Assembly (NCBI GenBank): GCA_951406725.2 | Contig: OX597829.1 | Location: 26,722,001 to 26,786,000 of the forward strand | Source: Octopus vulgaris | Lineage: Eukaryota | Direction: 5' to 3' | Length of the DNA stretch: 64,000 nucleotides | In this document: positions 49,107-61,683 of the stretch, piece after piece | Layout: each line of letters opens with the position of its first letter | Numbering within the stretch: the first letter of the stretch is position 1 | Notes under the pieces: model-generated | What the model was told of the DNA's origin: nothing | Databases searched by the model: none | Seen by the model: the letters and a program-made list of their open reading frames with translations, nothing else | Translations under genes and position numbers: made by a program

Positions 49107-52100
49107 GTAAGGTTGTTTGTTTGAGTTCAACATTATCATGGTTTTTAATGTCCACATGCTTGCATGGGTCAGACAGAATTTGTCGAGGTGGGTTTTCTAT
49201 GGCCAAATGGCCTTCCAGACATTGACGTTCACCTATTTTCAAGCAAAGTAATATTTTCTCATGACTAGACATGTTTTCTGAGGATATTGGAAATAGACTC
49301 TCCTTGCACAAAGTAACACTCATTTTCATGCCAGTATGGAAAATGGATGTTAAACGTTTTCCATACTGGCATGGGTTGGATGGTTTGACTGAGATCTGGA
49401 GAGCCAGCGAATGCACCAGGCTCCAATTTGGTCTGGCAATGTTTCTATAGCTGGATACCCTTCGTAATGCCAGTCACTCCGAGAGCGTAGTGGGTGCTTT
49501 TTATGTGCCACAGCATGGGAGTCAGTCAGGTGGGCCTGGCAGCAATCATGTTTGGATAGTGCTTTTTACATGCCACTGGCATGGGGGCCAATCAGTGGGT
49601 ACTGGCATCAGCCACACTCAGATGGTACTTTTTACATGCCACCGGCATGGGAGCCAGTCAGGAGGTACTGGCAACAACTACGATATTGGTTTTACTTGAC
49701 TCAACAGGTCTTCTCAAGCATATTATATTGCCTGATGCATCAGTGGTACTCTTAAATGAGCCGGATATGTATGGCTGCAATCTCATTTTAGTTGCCAGGT
49801 CTTCTTAATCACAGAATATCTCCAAAGGTCTCAGTCTCCTGTTATTGCCTCTGTGAGGCCCAACGTTCGATGGTCATGCCTCACCATCTCATCCCATATC
49901 TTCCTGGGTCTACCTCTTCCACAAGTTCCTTCCACAGTTTGGGAGTGGCACTTCCTCACACAGCTGTCCTCATCCATACGTAAAACATGACCATATCAGC
50001 ACAGTCGTATCTCTTGCACACACACACACTTATAATATATATAATATATATATAAATTAGAAAAAACCACTATTATGTAATTCAAACAATGATAGACATA
50101 AACCATATCATATAGAAAAATAAAATATATGATAAAACATATATCTAGTTTATTATTATATAATATTTATTCATTTTTTTTGTATTTTTTGTGATTTAGA
50201 TATATGTTTTATAATATATTTTATTTTTCTATATGATATGGTTTATGTCTATCATTGTTTGAATTACATAATACTGGTTTCCCTCTAATTTATATATATT
50301 ATATATTTATATTATGAAATTTGATTTAATACTAAATAGAATTTTTCCCTGTAAGTTTTCACGAAACAATATTAGTGATTATATAGATGTCTGTTTGCTA
50401 ATGTTTATATATGTCTACGTGTGTATATATTAATGTTTAGATGGGTGTGTGTATTTTTTCAATGTATATATTCACAAACATTAGAGCAGTGACTCCCAAA
50501 CTGAGAAATCCCAAGCCATCTCACCAAAAATATTAGCAACATTATTTTTGCCACCCACCCTCACATCACATTATTACAAAATAAAATTTATATCCCTATA
50601 AATCTTCTTTCTTCACCATAATGTTGCATGTGTTTGAAGTGTTTTAAAAAAGCCATACTAATTATGTTAGATATTGCCATTTGTCAACCCACTTTTCAAT
50701 CTCCTCTGAGAAACACTGCATTAGAGCATATGAATAAATGTGATTTCTGTGTTTATGTAAAACTGTTTGTGAATGTACATGTGTCTATATGTACTTATGA
50801 ATATGTGAGTGAATATTTTTGGACAAATTATTTAATGTTTTATGTAAATCTTTATGAATTCAAATACTTGTCAGTGTGCATGAATGTTAATAAATGTATT
50901 CTAATACAGTTCTATATTTAAGAGATGAGGAATTATGTATATTATTTACATTTGATGGATATTTGTCCTCATCTTGTTTGTTAACACGTTTCGGCTGATA
51001 TACCCTCCAGCCTTCATCAGGTGTCTTGGGGAAATTTCGAACCTGGATTTTCATTCCTAAGGTATTTTTCAATGTTATTATTCAGGCATATGGTGTAGTG
51101 GTTAAGAGTGCGGGCTACTAACCCCAAGATTACAAGTTCGATTCCAGGCAGAGACCTGAATAATAATAATAATATCGAAAAATACCTTAGGAATGAGAAC
51201 CCAGGTTCAAAATTTTCCCTAGAAACCTGATGAAGGCTGGAAGGTATATCAGCCGAAACATTGTGTTGATGACAAATATGATGAGGACAAATATCCATCA
51301 AGTGTAAATAATGTAAATGAATTCTAATCATCAATTTCCTTTTGTATATTCATTATTTCAGCAACGAACATCATATGAATGGTATATTCCTAAAGGGATC
51401 TTAAAGAGATCCTGGATGAACAAACATTTGAGTCATGTTCCTGCTGTGGTGGTCATCTTTTTTGATTTGGATTGGGATGAACCGATGTGGAAAGAAAAAC
51501 AAATGGAATGTGCAACTCGTGTTGAAATTGTGAGGTAAAATCTCATCTTACAAATAATCTTTTTTACTATAGATACAAGACCTAAAATCTGGGGTTGGAG
51601 GTAATCAATTGCTTCAGCCCCAGTGTTCAACTGGGGCTTATTTTATTAACCCTGAAAGGGTGAAAGGCAAAGTTGACCTCAGCAGAATTTGAACCCTTAT
51701 CTTACAAATAATATAATCAGTTTATCTCAAGGCAAAATCATCATCATCATTTAATGTCCATAGTCCATGCTGGCATAAGTTGGGCAGCTTGACAGGATCC
51801 AGTTATCCTGAGGGCTGCATTGGTCTCCAATATCTGCATTGGCAAGGTTTCTATGGCTGGGTGCTCTTCTTAACACCAACCACTTTACAGAGTGTACTCA
51901 GTACTTTAAGAGTAGGGTCACCAAATAACTTACAAGGCAAGACCCCTTTGCAGAGTGGGGATGCAGTATTGAGGGAGGTGGTTTTGGACTAAGTGTTTAG
52001 AGGCTAAAGTATGATAGTGGGAAAGAAGCAAATGTTTTTCCATAGGCAAAATACGTGGCTTCCCCAGCAAGAAAGGGAGAAAGGATTGTATTGATGAGAA

Positions 52101-55100
52101 TTTGGACATACACTCAAGATACAAGAAGGTGGGTTGAGGGAGGATATAAAAGCAGAGAATTGAAGATGGCTAGGTGGGTAGGTTCACTAGAGTGTGAAAG
52201 GAGAGTGACAGCTGGTACGAATGAGGATAAAGAATGCAGTGAATGGTAAACATGGATAGAGGCATGAGCAACGGTGCATCTCAATTGTAAGGAAAGTGGT
52301 GGCAATAGATGCTACTACATATAAGAAATATAAAATCAGGTGGTAAAATACAATTGTATTCCTGAACAAAATATATATCTTTTTTTCTTTCTTCTCTCTT
52401 TCAGAAACAGTCTGCTGGGCCGAGGCACAAAAGTTGACGTCGTTCTTATTCAGAAAAATGCACCTCTTCTTCCAGGTAAGAAATTGTTGTTGATTACCCT
52501 TTTCATTTATACATGATGTTGCATCTGCTGTAAGCATTTCTTCCACATTGTATTCTACATTACCATAATCCATCTAGATACCACCAATTCATTTGGGTAT
52601 GTACTTGTGATAGACTGATGTCTTATCTTGATCTTCACTGTTATGTTTCTTACATATTACTATATTCTACATTGTCACAGTCCACCTAGGTGTCTATAAG
52701 ATCATCTGGTAATGTTAAATGTGATAGATTGATGTCTCATCCTGATGGAGGTTCATCTCTCATTCTCTTCTTTGTATTTCTGTAGACAACATTATATTCT
52801 ACATTACCACAGTCCACCTACTTTTTAGTTAAGTACCTATTTATTCATTTTTACAAAGCAAAGATAGACAGTGACTTTGAAGTTCCAACTAACCAGCCAT
52901 TATCAGACAGCCTGATGACAGTTGGTAAACTGAAACTTCAAAGTCACTAAATTATTTCCTTGTAAAAATTATATATACAAGAAAAAAATTGCAATGTATT
53001 TCGTGCAATTTGCCAAATGTACTCTCAAGTCATTGGTCAACTTTGGAATTTTGTGGCTATAGCAGAAGGCACAAGCTGCTATGCAGTAGAATTGAACCAG
53101 AGACCACATAATTACAAAGTGAAATTTCTAACCACACAGCCATTCAGAACAATTTATGTTCTGCATTCAAACTGTGCTAAGAACAACTTTGTCTTTCATC
53201 ATTTTACAGTTGTTAACCTCTTAACATATTATCCTGTATATTTTCATCCAGAGATGTCTAGTAAATATACATTTGAACAAAAATATACTTTCTCTGTACT
53301 CTGAGTTATATATCACTTATCTCTAACCCGAAATACTTCATTCATGATGTTATTCCCATTTTCTATCATTAACTATTATTTTCTATCACCAACTTCATAA
53401 TAAATCATAACTTCCTTATATACAGATTCAAAATAAATAATAAAAAAAAATATTTTTTGCATGGAAATTGAAAAAAAATGTGTATGTTAAGAAGTTAAAA
53501 TAAAGTGTCAAAGTACCAATCAAATACTGAATCAATTGAGTTGACAACCCATCCAACTAAATGTAGACACCCTGTGTTTATATTAGAAATCATTATTATT
53601 ATTACACAGCCTTACCTCAACTAAACTAAGCTGTCTTATTTATATGTTTCTAGGAGAAGATGTAATAGCCACAGAACGAGCTGCAGCTCTGTGCACTGCC
53701 TGTGAACTGTCTATGAAGTCACTGTTTGTCTTACACCACACTGACCATTTAGTTGGTTATGTCATTAGGTAATGTCTCTTTATTGTTTTATATATTATTT
53801 TCTTTTTCATTCTTCTCTTTTTTTCCTCCTGTTTCTTACTTTTCAGTTTTCTGTACTGGCATAATAAGTTTCATGGATGTTTTGCCATTCATCTCTGTTC
53901 TTGGTTAAAATTTGTGTACATTTGGCACATGGATGACTATGCATTGAGATGCCTGCTTTCCAATCACATGATTTCAGGTTCACTGCATGGCACTTTGTGC
54001 AGGTGTCTTCTACTATAGCCTTGTGCCAACCAAATCTTTGTGAGTGGATTTGATAGATGGAAATTGTGTGGAAGTCCCATGTGTGTGTGTATTCCAGGTT
54101 CCTTGCCCTGATACTGTGTGATAGTTGGATTGTTACTATCATACAAGTAGTGTCCTTCATTTCTAATCTTACAGGAAAACTTGAGCATGAGGAAATACCT
54201 TGTTTGGAAACAAGTGAGAGTTGGCAATAGGAAGGGCATCTGGCTGTAGAAAATCAACCTTGGCAAATTCCATCTAACTCATGCAGCCATGGAAAAATGG
54301 ATGTTAAATGGCAATGATTTTGTGGCAATAAGATTTTCTTTTTTTTCTTTTTCAAAGCTTAGAGGAAGAAAAGAAATGCCTATAATCTTTTATGCAGGGC
54401 ATCCAAGACTGATCAAGGAGGAACTGATTCCTGGACTGGAGATTTGGTTCAAAAGCTTGCTAAAGTGTCATTATCACAAAAGATAGATGTGAACCAGGTG
54501 GTGATGATAAACTGAGCAATTGATGAAGTCTACCATACATTGTATATCATATGTATTAATAATGGGTATCTAACTACATTTAATGAAACAGATCCAATAG
54601 CTCATAGGCAACAGCACACCCTGATTTCTTTTGTATTCTTTGCTATCAACAACAATAATAATAATGTGCTTATTGTTTACAGTGCTCAAGTGCACTACAA
54701 CACATGAGAAAATGACAAAAAGAGGGGATAGAAAGCCACATTAAATCATGTAAAGAAAGACAGTAATAATAACCAAAAATACATGCCCGGTACACAAGAT
54801 ATAATACAAGAAGACAGAAAAGGAAACAGTAAAAAGCTCAGAAAGAGGAATGAGTGCATAGGTCTCTAGTTTATTACCATAGTTAAATGGTTATAAGTAG
54901 GCAGGCTATTTCAATACAGTATTCAAATGTCTGTCCAGATTTGCAACAACAACAAAAAATGATGTCCAATTCTGTAATAATAACAGTTATAATAATCATG
55001 ATCATTATCAATTTAACATCCTCTTTTCCATGCTCACATGGGTTGGACAGAATTTTATTGAAGCAGATTTTCTATAGCCAGATACCCTTCCTGTGCTAAC

Positions 55101-58100
55101 CCTCACCATTTCTCAAGCAAGGTAATATTTTCCCATGACGAACATGTTTTCACACAAGATTAGAAATGAAGGACACCACTTGTATGAATGCAATTTAAAA
55201 ACAAGGAGACAGTAATATATACATATGATGGATTTCTTTTAGTTTCTGTCTACCAAATTCAGTAACTAGGCTTTGGTCTGCCTAGGACTATAACAAAAGA
55301 CGCTACCCAAAGTACTGTGAAATGGGACAGAACCAGAGACCATGCAGTTGGGAAGCAAACTCCTTACCACATGGCCACACCTGCACTTATAATGAATTGA
55401 CCCTGGAGCAAAATACGGATTCCTGTAGCTAAGCTTAAGCTCCAAAACTGATGATTGCTTTTTAAAAATTATTGCATGTACCACTACTTATAATTTACTT
55501 TCTTTCCACTGTTATGAGTTCAGATCCTACTCATGTTGATTTCAGCTTTTCATCTCACAAGGGTAGGTAAAGTAGATACCAATCACCATCTGGGATTTAT
55601 TCATTTGACTGCATCTCCCAGTCCCTTCCACAAATTTGCAATATTGGGCCCAAGATGATAAGTCGTTATTACATTTTGCCAATGAGAAGTTGATTCACGG
55701 TTGCTCATCTTCAAAGAAATAGCAGTCAAGTTTTTATAAAGGATAATGTAGTCTTGGATGCATAATTACCTGACTATGGTAAGGTGGTAATTTCTGAAAT
55801 GTCTGATCATAGATCTGCCCAATCTGAGCTAGCTTAGTGGCTAAACAATATCATCATCACCACCACCACCACCACTCTTGTTGCTATCATCATCATCACC
55901 ACCACCACCAAGACTCTTGTTGTTATTGTCATTACTATCTTCTTTCTTTTCGTTTCTAATTCTTTGGAATATCAATTAAAAGCTAGATTTATTATTGTCA
56001 CATTTCTTTCATTCCAGGCTAGAAAATGCATTTTATGAACAATCACAAAATTATTATCACAATGAAGCCAGGAAAGTTAAAGCGCATAAAGATTTTCTCA
56101 ACAAAATAACACATCAGGTAAGTTAATTATATTAATTATTTGTTGTGCATTCTTGGGTTAAATAATTAATTACAATATGTAGCCTGTAATAAATGGTACG
56201 TGGGTCTCTCTGATATTAAGATAAGGAATTTTCAAAGCAGATTTATAATTGTATGTTTAGTAAACTTATGATTTAACCCTTTCATTATTCCAATATTTCA
56301 TCATTTTGGTATTTCTGTTGAAATCCACTGTTTTTGTTTCAATTAAGTTTGGAAACAATGAAGAATTTAGTCATTATTAGAAATTGTCATTATTAGGCTG
56401 GTGTTTGGAAGATCAATTTTGATTTAGTTTTCCTTGAACCTTGTAGTTACTGTACTTCTGTTAAAATACTCTACTTTTGTTTCAATTAATTTTGAACATA
56501 ATGGAAAAATTAGTAAAATAACTTTGTCATTATTAAGCTGAGAATTAATTAGAATACTAATTGTGGCATTTTGATGGAAAATTTTAATTTAAATCACTGT
56601 AAAACAAGAAGTCTCAGGCAGATTGGTATCAAAGGCTTTAAATACTTAGTGTAAATGTGTATTGTAAAAACGTGTACTAAACATATGTTGTATTATGTCT
56701 ATTTCATTTCCTAAATTGCTTGGATATTTAAAGTAATTTGATTTTGAATTAACTAAATGTATTGTTTTTAACTCCAATATATGTGTATGTATATATTTTT
56801 TCAGTTACTATTTGTCCGACACCAGTTCAAAATTGCATTTTTTAATGAACTTAAACAAGATTCACACACTGCTTTGAAGTAAGTATTCAGTTTTTTAATT
56901 TCATATTTTTTATACATACATATAAACAAATGTATGTATACACATTCATTTGTTCATTTAACACATGTTTTTTTTGTGTGTATGGTATGCTAACAAGAAT
57001 TTGACTGGGAGTTATTTGAGGCAGGATTTTATGGCCTGATGTCGTCAACCTTTTCCTGTTTGCCAGGTAAGGGAATATTATTCAACAGGTCTTCAAAATC
57101 ACAGAGCAACCAAATTTGTAATGTCAAGAAAGAATGTCAGTTTTGTGCAAATGGTGACATGCATGGAAATGTGTGTACATGCAGGTGTGTGTGTGTGTGT
57201 GTACAGCAGGTATCCTGCTGTTTCTATCAACTGAATTCACAGAAGGTATTGGTTGAATTAAGTGATAATAGAAGACACTTACCCAAGACACTGCTCAATA
57301 GTATTGACCACATTACTCTGGGCCAAAGACAATCATGCAGTAAAAACACCCCTCCTTACATGCTCTAAAGAAGGCCAAGGTTGTTTCATCTGCAGGGAAG
57401 GTGATGGCCTCAGTCTCTTGGGATGCAAAAGGCATTATGTTTGTTGACTATCCTCAAAAAGCCACACCATCAATAGAGAGTACCATGCCAACTTGCTAAG
57501 GCATTTAAAGAAGGCTGTCAATATCAAACACCCAGGAAAACTGACAAAAGGGTCTTGTTTCATCAGGACAATACTCCAGCACATAAGTCTTTACTTTCAG
57601 TGACTGCTGTACATGACTGTGGCTTTGAACTGGTTCCCTCTTCTCCTGATTTGGCCCCATCTAACTGTCATCTGTTTCCCAATATGACAAAAAAACTTGG
57701 CTGGGTACTAGTATTGGTGCGATGATGTCATGTATAAACTATTTTTCCCCTCTCGTATCTAAATTCAAACACATGTTCATTTATTGTAGACATTATAAGC
57801 AAGCTTATGGACAAATTCAAGAACTACGAATGCATGAAACCAATTTACTAGAAATCAAAACCATTGCCGGCTTTGTCAATTACAAAGTAAGCTGTTATTA
57901 TTTTAATTATCAAAATACATAACTAATAAAAGTATTATCATCATCTTCATTATTGAGTCTCTTTTCACCATCATTTTTCATGTCCACTTTTCCATGCTTA
58001 GATGGGTGAGATGGATTTCTTGAGGCAGAATTTCTATGTCCAGAGCCCTTCTTGTCGGCAACTCTTGCCTATTTCCAGGCAAAGCAGTATTTCCTATTGC

Positions 58101-61100
58101 CTGACATTTTTTCCACAGAAGATTGACAACAAGCAACGTTGCTTGTACAATGCTGATACTTACAACCACACATGATGTCAAGGCAAGGATACACACACAT
58201 AAACATATATGACAGGCTTCTTTCAGTTTCCATCTACCAAATCCACTAATTTTTGTTTTGGAAGAAGCTCACTATGATGTCGCCTTAGAATGAAGTAAAG
58301 ACTATTTTTAATTATCTTGAAATATCCCAGTAGATAATTCCTGCCAGATTAGCACGTGTAAACCCAGTATTTCATGTTGTATGTCATAGCAACTGTTTCT
58401 TATTTCTTCATTGTTTTCTTGGAAGCGATTTATCTTGATGTCAACATATTTGCGTACTTCCAGAATTTTGACAAACAGGCTATATGAGACTGAATCATCA
58501 TCATCGTTTAGCGTCCGCTTTCCATGCTAGCATGGATTGAATGATTTGACTGAGGTTTGGTGAACCAGATGGCTGCACCAGGCTCCAATCTGATCTGGCA
58601 GAGTTTCTACAGCTTCCTAATGCCAACCACTCTGAGAGTGTAGTGGGTGCTTTTACATGTCACCGGCACGAGGGCCAGTCAGGCGGTACTGGCAACGACC
58701 ATGCTCAAATGATGTTTTTTTTTATGTGCCACCTGCACAGGAGCCAGTCCAGCAGCACTGGCAATGACCTCGCTCAAATGTTTTTTCACGTGCCACCAGC
58801 ACAAGTGCCAGTAAGGCGACACAAGTAACAATCATGCTCGAATGATGTTTTTTTTGTGCAATGTGTACTAGCACATAATATTTATTTTAGTTTTCCCTTC
58901 ATACGTTCTCATGTTCAAGCGCCATTTTGTTAATAAGGAGTTGTCAATGGATTCTCAGATCTTGGATATACACCCTTTCTGTTTTACATGTATTAAATTG
59001 TCTATCTTTTTCGTTGTAAATGTCCAGTCATACTGTTGGATAATAAACTTTAGAGTGTTGTTTGTAATTTATTGTTTCCCTATTTTTACCCTTCAGATTT
59101 GCAGGCTATCATTTCAACATAATGCTCCTCTAGATGCCATTGCCCAGTTCCGAAGACACATTGACTTTTTCAAGAATCGAATTGGAGTTTCTGATTTGTC
59201 TTTTGAGCACAATGCTTGGATGTCAAAACAGTAAGTTATTTATACATATTTTTATATCTGCACCTGCAAAGCTTGAGCTTTCTCCGTGACATTTCTGTCA
59301 GAAGTTAATGTTTTCTAAATCAAAAAGTGAAAGTTCTCTGATGTCAATTTCTTGCAACAAATTCTCTTTGTACATCTCTACAAGCATCCACCTGCAAGAT
59401 GCAGGTCTGCACTCTTTATTTTTCAGGCAATGACTGGTATCCTTCAAATCTCTTTTGTACACCCAATTATAACAGACTGAGTTTATAGTCTTTTGGCTTT
59501 TAATCTATCTTCATTATCTTTTCAATGTCCACTTTTTCATACTTACTTCGGTCAGGCTGATTTTGTTGAGGCGAATTTTCTATGGCTGGATGCTCTTCCT
59601 GTCATCATCTCTCACCTGTTTCCTAGTAAGCTAGTTTTTCCCCATAACTAGACACAATTTTCCTATATCAGTGAATGGATGACAGAATTGGTTGAACATT
59701 GGACAAAATTCTTTGTGGTATTTTGTTACATTCTGAGTTTAGGTCCTGTCTAGATCAGCTTTGCCCCTCATCATTCTGAGGTTAATAAAATAAGTACCAG
59801 TTAAATATTGCTTGAGAGTGGGTAGTTATTACCAACTGTATCTTAAAAAGCACTATGTCCACAGTCTAATGACTAAAACCAGTAAAATATATCAAAAACA
59901 ACCTGTATTTCATAACTATTGTTTAAAGACTGAATATTGCAAAATTAGTAAAGGGCCTTACAAACTACTCTGCAGTATATAGTTACTTGTCGCCCTGTGT
60001 TCAAATGTTAATGATATCAAATTTGCCTTTTATCCAGCTTTGTTTAATTAAATAAAAAACCAATCAAGTTTTAGAATTGTGGAACAGTTAGAGATCATTC
60101 CTTTCTATCTTTAATCTTTTATTTGTTTCAGTTTTTGGACTGTAACCATGCTAGGGCACTACCTTGAAGGGTTATAATCAAATAAATCATTCCCAGCACT
60201 TATTTTTAAAGTCTGATATTTATTCTATCAGTCACTTTTGCTGAACTGCTTTGTTACAAGGACATACACAAAAGCATCATTGGTTGTCAAGCAATGGTGG
60301 AGAACAAAGCAATGAAACAAGCACGCACGCAATGTGCTTCGTCAGTTTCCATTTATTAAATACAATCATATGGCATAGGTTGGCCAGGGGCTATAGTAGA
60401 AGACACTTGTCTAAGTGCCACACTGTAGTATTGAACCGAAAACTACATGGTTGCAAAGCAAGCTTCTTAACTACACAACTAATCCTGTGCTAGAATTATT
60501 ACCTTAAAATTTAATTTTTTTTAAGCAATTTATTTGTGGTTTTAAATGATTTTTTTTTTTGTTATTCCTCATAAATTTGCTTACAAAAACATCTAATAAA
60601 TTATAACATTCTAAAAGTGTTATTTCACATACTTAAAATTTCTGTGATATATAATATGTAAAAATATAGTAAAATATTTTTTTATGTATTAAACCTAACA
60701 AAAAAATGTGAGTCAAAAATATTTTTGACAAATAAATAAAAAGAACAATTACATGTTATTTTTGTTTTCACTTTTTTTTGTACAGATTTCAAGTATTTGG
60801 TGATTTATTTGATGAAGCTATAAAACTAGGTTTGACAGCAATTCAGACACAACACCCAGGTTTCTATTATCAGCATGCTGCCAATCTGTCTATTGCCCGT
60901 AAATCGCTCTGCGGTCAACTTTGTAAAGTAAGTATATCTGCATAGAGTGAGAGAGAGGAAGAGAGTTATATATAGATATATGTTTATGTATTGAGAAAAA
61001 AGAGGCAGTCAGAATTTAGGATAATTTTTTTATTAGAACTTTCGTTTGTTAACCAAGTTCTTCAAGACAAAAATTAAGACCAAAGTGGTCTTAATTTTCA

Positions 61101-61647
61101 TCTTGAAGAGTTTGGTTAACAAACAAAAGCACTTATAAAGAATTATTCAAAATTCTGACTGCCTCCTTTTTCTCAGTATACAATATCTGTACACCACTTC
61201 AAGCACTCTATACATATGAACATATATATGTATATATAAACTTATAAATATACATAATGTGTTTTTGTGTCAAGTGGATTTATATATGGATTTGCAGGAC
61301 ACCTGAGATCATTACACAACTGTTTAACTTGCCAATCATATCTCTCTCTTATCTTCTTTGTGAGGTTCAACACCTGAAGATCATTTTTCACTATGTATGT
61401 TTTAATATTTCATTTAGACATTGCAACACTAATAACCTGGTATAGAACTCAGTGTTAGTCAGGTACAGTGCAGTAATAAGTAAAGAATTCTTATTTTTCC
61501 AAAATAAATTGGACTTCGTGTTTTAGACTCTGATGAAGCTATAAGGTGTTACTCAGGTACTCAACTATGAATCCACTGTATCTTATAGCAGAAACAGCTG
61601 TAAGCTAATGGAGTTCATAGGATTATTGCTTATTCCTTTGTCATCTC

Positions 61648-61683
<36 letters not shown>

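Noticed and set aside
51085-51156. Functional tRNA gene
   Set aside because: Acceptor and T stems are poorly paired, and it is embedded in a repeat; treated as a SINE-type head.
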